Notes: generated by a model not told the origin, from the letters alone. DNA of 35,427 bases from Octopus bimaculoides (GCF_001194135.2 NC_068986.1:101340556-101375982); one strand, 5' to 3'. Positions 1 through 11,875 are shown, counted from the first letter of the stretch. Program-made: numbers and translations.

Positions 1-35
<35 letters not shown>

Positions 36-1053
36 TGCATCTATCCATCCATACTTACATATAAAGATGGATAGATAAACAGATAGAAGAAAAGAAGGAA
101 AGATAGAGAGCCAGATATATGCAGGTAATATACAACAATCAAGGAGTATGCAGTTGGTGATTTAAAACAACTTTCAGTAATAATAGCGGTTTATTGACGC
201 AGACGTTTGTGAAAGTTTGCTGTATCGAGAATACAGTACACGTAAAGAAAAAGCTAATCTTATAGGTCATGGTTAGCTACAGGGTTGTATTATATCCGAA
301 TGGAATGGAATAGATAAAGTCCACGCTACATACGATCCTTAGCTAGCAGGTATATATATATATATGTATGTATATGTATATGTATATGGTTGGTATTTGG
401 TTTGCAGGAATCGTGATGTGAATCCTTGTGATGAAGGGAATACGATTGAACCTTCGGAGGGACATTATGGCGGTATTATTAAAAACAAGCATTGGTCGGG
501 TCCTTTATTGTTAGTGTTAGTTAATGGGTCAATTACTCCGTTAACCAATTTATCGATTAACCGGTTATTACTTGTTTTGCAAAATTACATGTTAAACAAT
601 TTGGTAAAACCGTTAATTGTTCAAATGTTCAGTATTGTTAGTGTTTTCATTTTTTTCTTTTTTTTTTTTGTTAAATAATTATTTCATCGCGTTGTTGCAA
701 TCTCTTAAGTGAGATGCCTCTTTACTTCCATTTCTTTTTAACTTATGTTCCAGCGTTGGGATTCACCAATATCTTTCCGTTATGACTAAGTGAGTTTGAG
801 TTTGTCTGCATGTGTATGTGTTTATACATACGTGCGTGCATCGGTATGCGTGTATTTGATTTTAATACTGACCATGTCATTTTTCATAAGAGACCGGTTT
901 TGGTTTTTTCGTTGCTTTCTTCCCGAACGCACACGTTCATCCAAATAACGTTTCTCTCAAAGACAGTTAAACCGTCTTCTTTGTTTGATAAATGTTGAAC
1001 ACATTGACATCTATCTATGCGTGAGCATGACCATGCGTACGCATGCGCATATC

Positions 1054-1103
1054 CATGTGTGTACGGGTAAGCATGTGTGTACGGGTAAGCATGTGTGTAC
1101 GAG
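1054..1103. repeat. 18-bp tandem repeat (about 2.7 units) within GT-rich low-complexity DNA
   Basis: CATGTGTGTACGGGTAAG at 1054 and 1072, with a partial unit at 1090. Confidence 0.9.
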
Positions 1104-1547
1104 CGTGTGTCTGTGCTTTATCGTGTACCTGTGTGTGTGTGACTGTCTGTGTCTCAGTGTGTCTTTAGATATGTGTCTATTTGTGTGTATGTGTTTGCAT
1201 TCATATGTGTGTGAGTTCCTCTGTGTTTGTGTATGAATGTGTACTTCTGTATGCATGCTTCCGTGCAACATTACAGTTGCAGGATGTGTCTTAGGAATCC
1301 ATATAAAAGGCAATGCATGTTTCTGTGTTAGTTTTATTAAATGCTAACAACGTGCAACCAGAAGAAATCACATCATCGAAAAAAGAAAAAAAAAGCGTAG
1401 GTCTGTCCAACGCCCAAGAAGTGATAGATTCCGCAGAAAAAAAATTTATTCTGCTGACAGAATCGGGAAGTTTGAAGAAAAAAAAAAATAAAACAAGAAT
1501 TGCATTAGCATGGACTTGGCCTCTGGCTGCAACTGATAATAAATAAA

Positions 1548-1562
1548 TATATATATATATAT

Positions 1563-1655
<93 letters not shown>

Positions 1656-1679
1656 TGTGTGCGTTTGTGTATGTGTGTG
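1548..1679. repeat. (AT)n-(TG)n compound microsatellite
   Basis: Uninterrupted TG run at about 1565-1652, preceded by (AT)n. Confidence 0.98.
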
Positions 1680-1682
1680 AAA

Positions 1683-1731
1683 ATGGTGCAACATTTCTGC
1701 TTCCGCTTCACCGGTTTTCTTAAAGGTAAGT
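1683..1731 (+). other. Candidate exon 3' end with consensus splice donor
   Basis: AAAG|GTAAGT at 1722-1731 is a full consensus donor. It is preceded by the open frame ATG GTG CAA CAT TTC TGC TTC CGC TTC ACC GGT TTT CTT AAA G directly after a (TG)n tract. No upstream acceptor was found. Confidence 0.2.
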
Positions 1732-2139
1732 TTTACACTCGCTAAACTACAAAATACACTGGCTTTATCAACAACATGAAATGAGCATTATTATCAACGC
1801 AGAGAAAAACTTGAAAAACAACATGAAAAACAAAATAAGTGATAACCATAACGAAAAGTGGTAAAAGTGTATAACGTTGAGTTTCATGTGAAAAAAATTA
1901 CTGGAAACTAATGAAATAAATGTAAGTTGTGTAGTTGCAAAACAAAACAGAATTTTTTTACGCAGATATAAAATGTAAATAAAGAATAAAATAAAATATA
2001 GTAAACTTTAATAAAATTAGAAGTAAAATATAGCACAGAAAACTAATTAGGCGAATGTATTAATTAGACGAGTTTTCAATTTCAGAGATGATCAATCTGA
2101 CAGATATCTACACCCAAACACATACTCACATAGTCTTAG

Positions 2140-2422
2140 ATGTACATATATATTCACACACACACACGCATACGCACGCACACATATACACACATATATC
2201 CACATTCGCATACAGCAATGCACAAACATAGACTCAAAAAACGAAAGCCACTCACAAAGGTAGAGATAGGAGAAAAACGAGCATATATGTTATCTAAAAT
2301 GTCCAAAACACACATCCTTATACACCAGAGGTATTCATAAACCTAAGCATACACAGTTTTTAATTGTATCAATACATGTAAATATATGCATATGTATACA
2401 CACACACACACACACACACACG

Positions 2423-2454
<32 letters not shown>

Positions 2455-2600
2455 TATATATATATGCATACATAAATATAAAAAAAATATATATATATAC
2501 ATATATTTGTTTGTGTCTGTTGATACATACGCACATGCGTACACGGGTAAGCACATGCACTCACACATACACATATGTTTATAAATATATGTATATCAGC
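2140..2600. repeat. Degenerate CA/TA compound microsatellite region
   Basis: Interspersed (CA)n and (TA)n runs, notably 2398-2500. Confidence 0.9.
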
Positions 2601-2861
2601 ATGTATCTATACGTATGTAGATAGAATGAAGTTGATGATAGAGTGAAATTATACGTGTAAAAGTGCGATAGATACTGCCCATGGTACGTGTTTTCGTCCA
2701 GAAACATATATTTCTTTTAAAGAAATGTCTGTGTATATATGTGTGTGTGTAGATGTGTCATTGCTTGTGTCTCCGTTTGTGAGAGACAGGCTAAGAAATG
2801 AAATCAAGAATAGCAATAATTATTAGTAGTATGATCATTATGTGTACTGACACCTAAAGCG

Positions 2862-3059
2862 CTATCAACACTATCACTTTAAATACCAACAGCATCACCA
2901 GCATTGCCAACATCACACTTATCATCAGCAGAATCATCGAAAACATCATCATCATCACCGTAATTCCGTCCATCATAATTATCATCATCATCATCATCAT
3001 CATCACCCAGATCATCATTATCATTATCCAGATCACCACCACCACCACCACCACCGCCG

Positions 3060-3093
<34 letters not shown>

Positions 3094-3372
3094 ATTAACC
3101 ATTATCACCACGGTCACCACCCCACCGCCACCACCACCACCTCAACCAACATCATCATCATCATCATATTAACCATTATCACCACGGTCGCCACCTCATC
3201 ACCACCATCATTAGAATCATCACCATGATCGTCAACAACGTCGTCATCATCATCATAATCATCATCATCATCATCATCATCACCATCAGTTGGAGCCGTA
3301 GCGACAAGTTTACCAGCTGCTTCGTCGTTGTCGTCATCATTAATTCCTTGTTTGTGATGATGATGATGATCA
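2862..3372. repeat. Degenerate (ATC)n/(ACC)n trinucleotide array with an internal 74-bp duplication
   Basis: CAT and CAC triplet runs; CATATTAACCATTATCACCACGGTC occurs at 3091 and 3165. Confidence 0.95.
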
Positions 3373-4423
3373 CGCTCCTTCTCCTACTCCTCCTCCACTT
3401 CTTCCACCCCTCGTCCTACTCCTCCTCCACGTCTTACCACTCCACTTCCTCCCTCATCTTCGCTTCGAACTCATTCGGTAACACGACCGCTTCCATTAAA
3501 ATCCTCACTCATTATTAAAAACTAGAAAACAAAACACATTCCTTTTAAAATGAGGTAACTAATTCATTACTATATGATTATACGTTGTTGAATGTGTTTG
3601 TGTGTGTAAGTATATACGTACATTAACGTTGCTTTTTTTGCTCGAAGCATTGCGCAATACAGAGCGCTATAAAAAGATAGTGCTTGCAGTTCTGAGACGT
3701 GATATTGAAGAAAAATCCGAGGAAATTGACTACAAATTTAAGCATTTACTCTAAAAACATATAATACTCATTTTCTAAAAAGCGCGCAGTAGTTTTTAGA
3801 AAATACAATTTGGTCAATATTAATCGCAGATTTCTTATTTTAATTAGTTTAATTTCTCGCTTATTTTTTTCGGAGACACCTAAACTAAAAATATTCAGTT
3901 TCGTTAAGGTCAAGCATTATGCATGTTAAAGCCTTACTAAATATATTCAAGATACCTGAATGGCCTCATTTGTCTGTGAGACCGTGCTACTCCTCAAATG
4001 TCTATGAAAAAGACGTGTGGGGCGTGGTTTTTAGTTGAGGCAAATTTGTTTCCAAGAAATCAAATCTTCGTAATGCATTACATTAATGTTTTGTTCTTCG
4101 CTGGTAAATTCGCTGGATAGAGGTTTGCTTATGGTAGATTGGCTAGTTTCGTTGGGTAATTAGGGCGGGGTGAGTATTATTTAGGTGCTGGTGTCCTAGT
4201 TTAATTAAGCACATTTTTGTCGCACATACCAGCGAAAACAACGAGTTTCCAATTGTTATTATATCCATTGTTTTCTCCTATATAACCTAAACTCCGGTTT
4301 ACCAACCGAACCACCTGCTACCATACAACCTTATAAAAGACTGTACCTACCCACCTAATGGCTAGGAGCGACTCTTGATTTAATTATCCCTTAGAGGTAT
4401 TAAACCCCTCTAACTGATACCTA

Positions 4424-4426
<3 letters not shown>

Positions 4427-4468
<42 letters not shown>
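4427..4468. repeat. (TA)n microsatellite
   Basis: Pure TA run. Confidence 0.98.
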
Positions 4469-4472
<4 letters not shown>

Positions 4473-4575
4473 CATAGTCAAATTTGTTGTTCGAAATACA
4501 CCTAAATTTGAAACACTTGTAAGTTACATATATACCAAATTAGTTTCAACAATATTTCTTTTTTATCAATGATAA

Positions 4576-4723
4576 AAATTTAGAATTATAAATTAGGAAA
4601 ACATGTTTAAAAGATTCAATGTTGAGAAGTTTACATCTTCATAACAGACAAATTTAGAATTATGAATTAGAAAAACAGGACTAAAAGTTTCAATGTTGTC
4701 AGGTTTAAATGTTCATAACAGTC
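4576..4723. repeat. 74-bp tandem duplication, two diverged AT-rich units
   Basis: AAATTTAGAATTAT.AATTAG.AAAACA...AAAAG.TTCAATGTTG...GTTTA.AT.TTCATAACAG starts at 4576 and again at 4650. Confidence 0.85.
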
Positions 4724-4877
4724 AATAATATAAAAGCTGTGCATCAACTTGTCTAAATGTACAAAGTTCATTAGTTGTGATCGACAAGAAATAATTCTCA
4801 TCAAGGTTTCAGTCATACTGAGTGAAGAAGTAGAAAAAACAAGACAGAAATGAAGATAGTAAAAAGAATGGTTTAGT

Positions 4878-5424
4878 TTACAATTTCTCTGATTCTCTAT
4901 CCGTCGTGTGGAAGAAGTCTTGCATGTAACAGTGTGTTTTGGAATGCAGTGTATCTGATTTTTGATACGTTAAACTACTGGTTACATCTTGTTTTTTTCC
5001 GGTGGTCACCGTTGTCGTTCTGCCGGATGGGATTCCCTGTGGGGCACAGTTATTTGTCGTTCCTGTTGGTTGATTCTCGTAAAAGGTCATTTTCTTGTAT
5101 TTGCCGAAGTTCGGATTTGATCGGAGGTAAAAATTTCATTGTTCTAGAGCTAGGTTGTGTCAGCAACTGGTGTTTGTAAAATTTCATTGTTCTAGAGTTA
5201 GGTAACGTCAGCAACTGGTGTCTGTAAAATGTCATTGTTCTAGAGTTGGGTGACGTCAGCAACTGGTGTTTGTAAAATGTCATTGTTCTAGAGTTGGGTG
5301 ACGCCGGCGACCGGTGTTCGTATGGTGATTTGGAGTTGCGGTTCTCGAAAACCGTGTGGAAGACTTTTACTAAAGTGTTTAACATCGTCTGTTTTTCCTG
5401 GATGTTGTTTTTTTGTAGAGAAAT
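4878..5424 (-). pseudogene. Candidate frameshifted coding segment or pseudo-exon containing 16-aa repeats (unknown product)
   Basis: ORFs 5050..5385 and 4878..5090 join into one 168-aa frame if a single extra A in the A5 run at 5129-5133 is removed. That frame is open upstream to 5424, and MxFY keeps a 16-aa spacing across the join. No homology recognised. Confidence 0.3.
5126..5325. repeat. 48-bp minisatellite, 4 well-conserved units plus degenerate flanking units
   Basis: The anchor CATTGTTCTAGAG recurs at 5137, 5185, 5233 and 5281, an exact 48-bp period. A degenerate anchor (GTAAAAGGTCAT, CAT at 5088) lies 49 bp further left. Confidence 0.95.
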
Positions 5425-7842
5425 TCAGTCTTTTTCCATGTTTCTCTTTAGTATTTTTTCTTTCTAAAGGATATTCAGCTGTTGTTTATATTTTTTATAC
5501 ACACACCCACACACACACTAACACACACTAACACACACATATTCAAACATATATGTACATGCGTGTATGTGTATGTGCGTGCATACGATTTTATATGACG
5601 GAAATTACCCTCAAGGCCCTCTGTTTCTTTTGTTTTTCTCTATCATTGTATCATCCATTAACTGCCACCAAACAATTAATTGCGTTTGTCCTGCATCTCT
5701 TATATTAACCATTTTAGCTCCTTCTAGCGTTTTCATACAATAACAATGAGTAACTGGATCAGAGATTCCGTTACGTTGACACATATTCACCTCCCAAGGG
5801 ATCTGTTACTATTATTTCGGCGATTGGTTTTAGCATTCTCTGCTGTACTTTCTCAGGATCATTTTACGCTACAAGTAAAAAAAAGAGAATAGAGGCACCG
5901 ATGTTGCTGGTATTTCATTGGTACTCAGAACCAAATTTTCCGTTAATATCTTTATAAAAGGGTTGTAGACTATGATGTACGCCACTTGTTTAAGTCGTAC
6001 TTTTGTGCTACCATATTTGTTTGCATAATACTATGGTAATATGCATATATTAATACATTTAACCATTAGGTTCATATGTAATTAATACAGACTTTTAGGC
6101 TTAGCACAAAATTTACTCTTGTTCCGATATGTATTAGAGTCATAACTATAATCATAATCCACAGTTCATAACTTATATTGGAAGCGGAAAGCCAGAATTT
6201 CTTAAATTAAAATTCTAGAAATATGTCTATTGCCATACGCGTTTGAGCTGAGACTCGTACGGAACAGAGAAAACATTGCAACTCGAAAATTTATAATTCA
6301 TGGAGTTACAAAATGTCATGTTATAATGCATATCATAATGCTGTATAAAGTCCTACAGTGGTAGTTAAATTAGATGCATTTTATAACCGTGTGTATACAA
6401 AACCACACTTCATAACAATTATATTTGTAAGCCAGCTACACACAGATGTGTAAAGTCATCAATCTATGTACTGGGACATTTTCGAGAAATTTCATAGCTA
6501 GCATTTAGATATAGATAAAAAAAACAGAGGATTATGCGGAATGGGAAGAGAGACATGGGATGGAGAGATGCTGAAGAGGTCTTGGGAAGCGTGATGAAAT
6601 ATTTAAGACACAAGACACAAAATAGGAACAATAATGAAGCTGAATTGTTGAGAGAATATATAATGCCATGTACATATTTGGCAAAAAAATAAATAACCAT
6701 CCCGAAAGATAACAAAATCTGTTTTAACTCACGATTTCACATCAGGAATTTTGCAAAGCAAATTCATAAACGTAACATTTAAATATAATTCTCATTGTAG
6801 TGATATTTCAGGCCCCACTCTTTACTTCGCAATGTTCAAAGAAATCAATTATATTTTTCGCACTTACGTTGAATATTTCGCTCCATCGCGTTATATCTAG
6901 AAAATATTACGGCGGTTTTTTTCTTTCAAAATTTTAGAAGACATGTGATTGATATAAAATCCGTTGTGGAATTTTACTTTTCTCATGCCAAAACACTGCT
7001 TTTCAGTGTCTCCATGAATGTGACCTATCCAATTATGAGGTTCATACGCAGAAGACAAGGTAGGACAGAAACAATTCTTTAGACAAGTAACGGCGTCAGT
7101 ATTGAAGTAAGTGGTATCACCACGTCTGAAAGATATTTGGATTGCAATATTTTGCGTCTTAGCTGTACATTTGGCACTTTAAAATTATCCCAATTGAATT
7201 ATGTCCTACACATTTGGCTTGTAATAAAGTGCGTAGTTTTGACATTTAGAAAGGATCTCACGTTGCTGAAATATTCGTTTAATTTGTAATGTACGTAAAT
7301 CAAGCGATATTTCGAAGCTTTTCCTTTGTTTAAATGTTCTGCTGTTGTGAATGTAATTAGTTTTATCCGTTACTTAAGGACAACTTCAAATCCTACTTAT
7401 ATTATTTATAAGACTTTTTGAGTTATATATGAAAATATTGTAAAGCTATGCATATATAAGGGAACTGTTCAGTTCGTTGTCAATACGGATTATATGAGAT
7501 TGCACTTAGACTTGGGTATCACAGGAAATAAACTATTGCTAAGTTTGTCGTTATTGAGATATAATTGCCGAAAAAACAATACAGCTTTGGATTATACATA
7601 TTTTACAATACCTAGTGAAGGTGTATAAGTTTATTCCCTCTCCAACTCTAACAACATAGATGTTTAGAGATGTATTTCTACTGAATAGATCCATGATGCA
7701 TAATAGCATATTGTCCTATGCATCAGAAACGTGTAACGCTTATACAATTAATCGAAAGTACTGTCTCTCCAGGCAATGTTTTGATCACACCTTTCATAGC
7801 TTGCATAGCACACATATTCTGATTGTGTTTAATGTGAAGTAT

Positions 7843-7989
7843 ACACAAACGCACACACACACACGCACACATACACGCAGACATATACACATACAGAGAT
7901 ATATACCTATATGTATGTATATATATATATACATACATACATATATATAGAAATATTCGCGCACACGAATGTGAGTGTTTGTGTGTTAA

Positions 7990-8049
<60 letters not shown>

Positions 8050-8101
8050 GCACATACACACACACACACACACACAAACTAACACATATATATATATATA
8101 C
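7843..8101. repeat. (CA)n/(TA)n compound microsatellite
   Basis: Alternating CA and TA runs. Confidence 0.95.
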
Positions 8102-8616
8102 CCATAATGCACTGCAGGCTCATATATACCAGGCTCATTTAATAAAAGCCAATATACTCGCGGATATATAATACTACTACCTCGATATATTCATTCACTA
8201 GTCATGTGTTATGACGATTCTGTTGCTTACATGTTAATGTGGATATATAATATGAAAAGAAACATCAGTATTAATTGAATAAATTTAGATTTCGTAATCA
8301 GTAGAACACTACGAAGATATTCTTGAGTATTTCATTACATCCTTTCATTCTCCAAGGCCAAATGCTACAGAAAATCAATATTGCCGTTCGTCATTTACAC
8401 TGAGTAATACAAATGATTTTTATCTCTGGAAATATGTGAAAAGCTACACATTCTACCGTTTACACAATTTAGTTTTCCTTGCGTGTTTAGGTGTGAATAT
8501 TAACCGTTGAACTGTCCCTAGCGTGACTTTGATTCCAAGCGACGCGTTGTATTATTGAACAAGATATCTCTTTCCACGTTTCGCCAGTCTACTGAACTGC
8601 GAATATCCAGTTGTAT

Positions 8617-9024
8617 NNNNNNNNNNNNNNNNNNNNNNNNNNNNNNNNNNNNNNNNNNNNNNNNNNNNNNNNNNNNNNNNNNNNNNNNNNNNNNNNNNNN
8701 NNNNNNNNNNNNNNNNNNNNNNNNNNNNNNNNNNNNNNNNNNNNNNNNNNNNNNNNNNNNNNNNNNNNNNNNNNNNNNNNNNNNNNNNNNNNNNNNNNNN
8801 NNNNNNNNNNNNNNNNNNNNNNNNNNNNNNNNNNNNNNNNNNNNNNNNNNNNNNNNNNNNNNNNNNNNNNNNNNNNNNNNNNNNNNNNNNNNNNNNNNNN
8901 NNNNNNNNNNNNNNNNNNNNNNNNNNNNNNNNNNNNNNNNNNNNNNNNNNNNNNNNNNNNNNNNNNNNNNNNNNNNNNNNNNNNNNNNNNNNNNNNNNNN
9001 NNNNNNNNNNNNNNNNNNNNNNNN
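8617..9024. other. Assembly gap (408 N)
   Basis: N run; (TA)n on the right side. Confidence 1.
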
Positions 9025-9059
<35 letters not shown>

Positions 9060-9420
9060 TTGTAGCTGGGCGTGTAATTCTCTTTGAGTGCTTTATTTAA
9101 CACACTGACCGTTAAAGTTTCCACTCGTATTTATTTTTCTAAAGTTTTCGTTGCGACTTGGAGCCTTTTCAATGGTCTTTCACTCTGTCCGTTATACATA
9201 CACACACAGAAACACGCACACACATACATAAATATTTGCGTATGTTCGTGTGTTATTGGTTTATTATTCGTCTCATTCTTCTACAGAGCCACTCGTTCAT
9301 ATATGCATATGCATAATCATATATATACATCGACTGTGATGCTTAAAAAAACATTCTTATTGAACTTGTTTTCTCTTACTTCTGTGAATTTATTATAAGT
9401 TAATCCTCAACGTAGCTTAC

Positions 9421-9437
9421 TTCTGAACTCTTTCATC
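9421..9437 (-). other. Candidate 17-nt micro-exon (splice signals only)
   Basis: The minus strand shows a ~35-nt pyrimidine tract TTTTTTCTTTCCCTTTTTCTTTTTTTAATTCTTCAG, then ATGAAAAGAGTTCAGAA, then GTAAGC. Two of three frames are open (DEKSSE-like or MKRVQ). Confidence 0.3.
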
Positions 9438-9987
9438 TGAAGAATTAAAAAAAGAAAAAGGGAAAGAAAAAAATAATTTTAAAATGGATGTTTGACAGCT
9501 GAGGCTTTTAAATGCCTACGTGGAATGTTAGCTGTCATTTTATTGCTAACTTTTGTACAATCTAAAAATGTCCACATCTTGTCGCGTTAGAAGCGTTAGA
9601 TTTAGGATTAAACATTCCAAATCCATTAATGGTACTGGGCAATAGTTCATGGTTAAATCATACCTTCTTATACATTTTCTTATTGCATACATGTGTATGC
9701 ATCTAACATGTTCTACTTACTTCATTTTTACATAATTTCTATATATTTATGAAGAAAGCTGACTGTACAATCTTGTATCTGTCTGTTTGTCTTTTACATA
9801 TCACTGCTAACCTCCTACATTTATATGTAGTTTCATACTTGTTTTCATTTAGATGTAGCAATTTTCCCCCCATTTGCGGAAATTCTCACAACATAATAAA
9901 TTTTAAATCGCTTCTGTATCTTAACCTACAACTTCATTGGTAGATGTTTGTATATATCTATCTATCCATGCACCACTCCCTACATCC

Positions 9988-10023
<36 letters not shown>

Positions 10024-10024
10024 G
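9988..10024. repeat. (TCTG)n(TCTA)n tetranucleotide microsatellite
   Basis: Directly visible; ends about 10 bp before the L1/Tx1 homology starts. Confidence 0.95.
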
Positions 10025-10033
10025 TGCTTTACA

Positions 10034-10571
10034 GTTGTATGCCAGACTTCTTTGGGAACGTCGTGGCAGCAGTGTCATGCAAATGGCAGCAAAACGGGAG
10101 CATCCCCAGTTTCGTGAGCCGAGGAGCCGTAACGCTGCTGAAGAAAGATCCAAAGAAGAGGGACCTAATAAATAATGTTAGGCCTATCACTCTGCTCAAT
10201 GTAGACTTGAATATTTGGGGCAAGGTGTTAGCCAAGAGTTTGGGGCTTGTCATCGAGAAACTGGTCGACAAGGCGCAAACGTGCGTCGTGCTAGGCCGGA
10301 GCATCCATGACAACCTCAATCTGATGCCCTACATCATAGAGAGGGTAGTTAAGGATCCTGGCATGGGTAGGGTCCTGATCAACTTGGATCAATCCAAAGC
10401 TTTCGATAGGGTAGACCATCGGTACTTGGAGGCTGTCCTCATAGCGGCTGGTTTCGGTCACGTCTTCCGCGGCTGGATAGTTGCTTTGTACGGAGGAATT
10501 CGTTCGTTGATTCGCGTATTCCAAGTTCGGTCTGTCAGGGATGCCCCCTCTCGTCGCTTCTATACGTATTG
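10034..10571 (+). mobile_element. Non-LTR retrotransposon ORF2 reverse-transcriptase fragment, L1/Tx1 clade; 5'-truncated, frameshifted, runs into an assembly gap
   Basis: Translation gives MPDFFG...WQQNGSIP..VSRGAVTLLKKDP..RPITLLNVDLNIWGKVLAKSL...QTCVVLGRSIHDN...LINLDQSKAFDRVDHRYL...GF..VFRGWIVALY, the N-terminal RT subdomains typical of L1/Tx1 elements. At about 10537-10571 a shifted frame reads GCPLSSLLYVL (QGCPLSPLLY motif), so the copy is frameshifted. GC is much higher than in the flanks. Confidence 0.93.
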
Positions 10572-11126
10572 NNNNNNNNNNNNNNNNNNNNNNNNNNNNN
10601 NNNNNNNNNNNNNNNNNNNNNNNNNNNNNNNNNNNNNNNNNNNNNNNNNNNNNNNNNNNNNNNNNNNNNNNNNNNNNNNNNNNNNNNNNNNNNNNNNNNN
10701 NNNNNNNNNNNNNNNNNNNNNNNNNNNNNNNNNNNNNNNNNNNNNNNNNNNNNNNNNNNNNNNNNNNNNNNNNNNNNNNNNNNNNNNNNNNNNNNNNNNN
10801 NNNNNNNNNNNNNNNNNNNNNNNNNNNNNNNNNNNNNNNNNNNNNNNNNNNNNNNNNNNNNNNNNNNNNNNNNNNNNNNNNNNNNNNNNNNNNNNNNNNN
10901 NNNNNNNNNNNNNNNNNNNNNNNNNNNNNNNNNNNNNNNNNNNNNNNNNNNNNNNNNNNNNNNNNNNNNNNNNNNNNNNNNNNNNNNNNNNNNNNNNNNN
11001 NNNNNNNNNNNNNNNNNNNNNNNNNNNNNNNNNNNNNNNNNNNNNNNNNNNNNNNNNNNNNNNNNNNNNNNNNNNNNNNNNNNNNNNNNNNNNNNNNNNN
11101 NNNNNNNNNNNNNNNNNNNNNNNNNN
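10572..11126. other. Assembly gap (555 N)
   Basis: N run between the L1/Tx1 fragment and (AT)n. Confidence 1.
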
Positions 11127-11168
<42 letters not shown>

Positions 11169-11693
11169 TTGTCTATGCATTTATGTATGTATTTATCAAC
11201 CTGTATCTATTTCTATGTATGTGTGTGTGTACATATTCAGATCTATGTACACATAAATACATACAGGTATACATATCTATCTATCTATCTGCATTTATTG
11301 TGTGTGTGTGTGTGTAGGTGTATATATGTTTGTGTGCACACACATATCCAAATACACATAGAAACGCACTCCTGATGTATATGCACCAATATGGATCCTA
11401 CAACACGCGAAAGCCGAACTTGAATTTACCGATTATTGAAACTAGAGAAATTCGAATGAAACAATGCTATAATATCGACACGTCAAAACGTAGCGTTTTG
11501 AATTATTTTCTTTGAAAATTAGAAAAAATAAATAAATAAATAACACGCTATCTTAAAATACCTTTGTATAGAGATTTTGGGATCTAATATCGAATGTATA
11601 TGTAAACAAACTTAAACAGTCGCTTGAGCGAAGACTTGCGTTGCTCCAAAATGTATATTTTCAATATTTATTTAAATCATTTGAAAACATACT

Positions 11694-11875
11694 GGTGACG
11701 AGCTGGCAGAATTATTACCGTACCAGGGAAAATGTACTTGGCATCATTTCTTCTAACATAATTTGTTGCGTTCAAATTCCGCCGGGTTCGGTTTTGCCCT
11801 TTAATCATTTCATTGTCGATAAAATAATTACCAGATGAACACCACGGTTTAAGTAATCAACATACTCCTTCCACC
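11694..11875 (+). mobile_element. tRNA-derived SINE, diverged copy
   Basis: GGTGACGAGCTGGCAGAAT head (A-box-like), GTTCAAATTCCGCC (B-box-like) and core GTCGATAAAATAATTACCAG. Aligns by eye with the copies at 15402 and 25074. Confidence 0.8.

Noticed and set aside
528-620. Cluster of CCGTTA/AACCGGTT motifs with a loose palindrome around TTTTGCAAAA
   Set aside because: Arms match only about 15/22 and there are no TIR or TSD. It could be a hAT-like relic or transcription-factor sites but is not supportable.
3611-3754. Protein-like frame LEALRNTERYKKIVLAVLRRDIEEKSEEIDYKFKHLL*
   Set aside because: Under 50 aa, with no convincing acceptor or start and no recognised homology.
7007-7059. TTTCAG-bounded 53-nt segment reading CLHECDLSNYEVHTQKT (C-x3-C-x4-Y spacing as in DEG/ENaC channels)
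   Set aside because: Weak donor (GTAGGA), and no other DEG/ENaC-like exon was found anywhere in the window.
8415-8444. DFYLWKYVKS, resembling the Tc1/mariner DFFLWGYVKS motif
   Set aside because: Only 10 residues. The preceding WPPRSPDL motif is absent and no TIRs were seen, so chance cannot be excluded.
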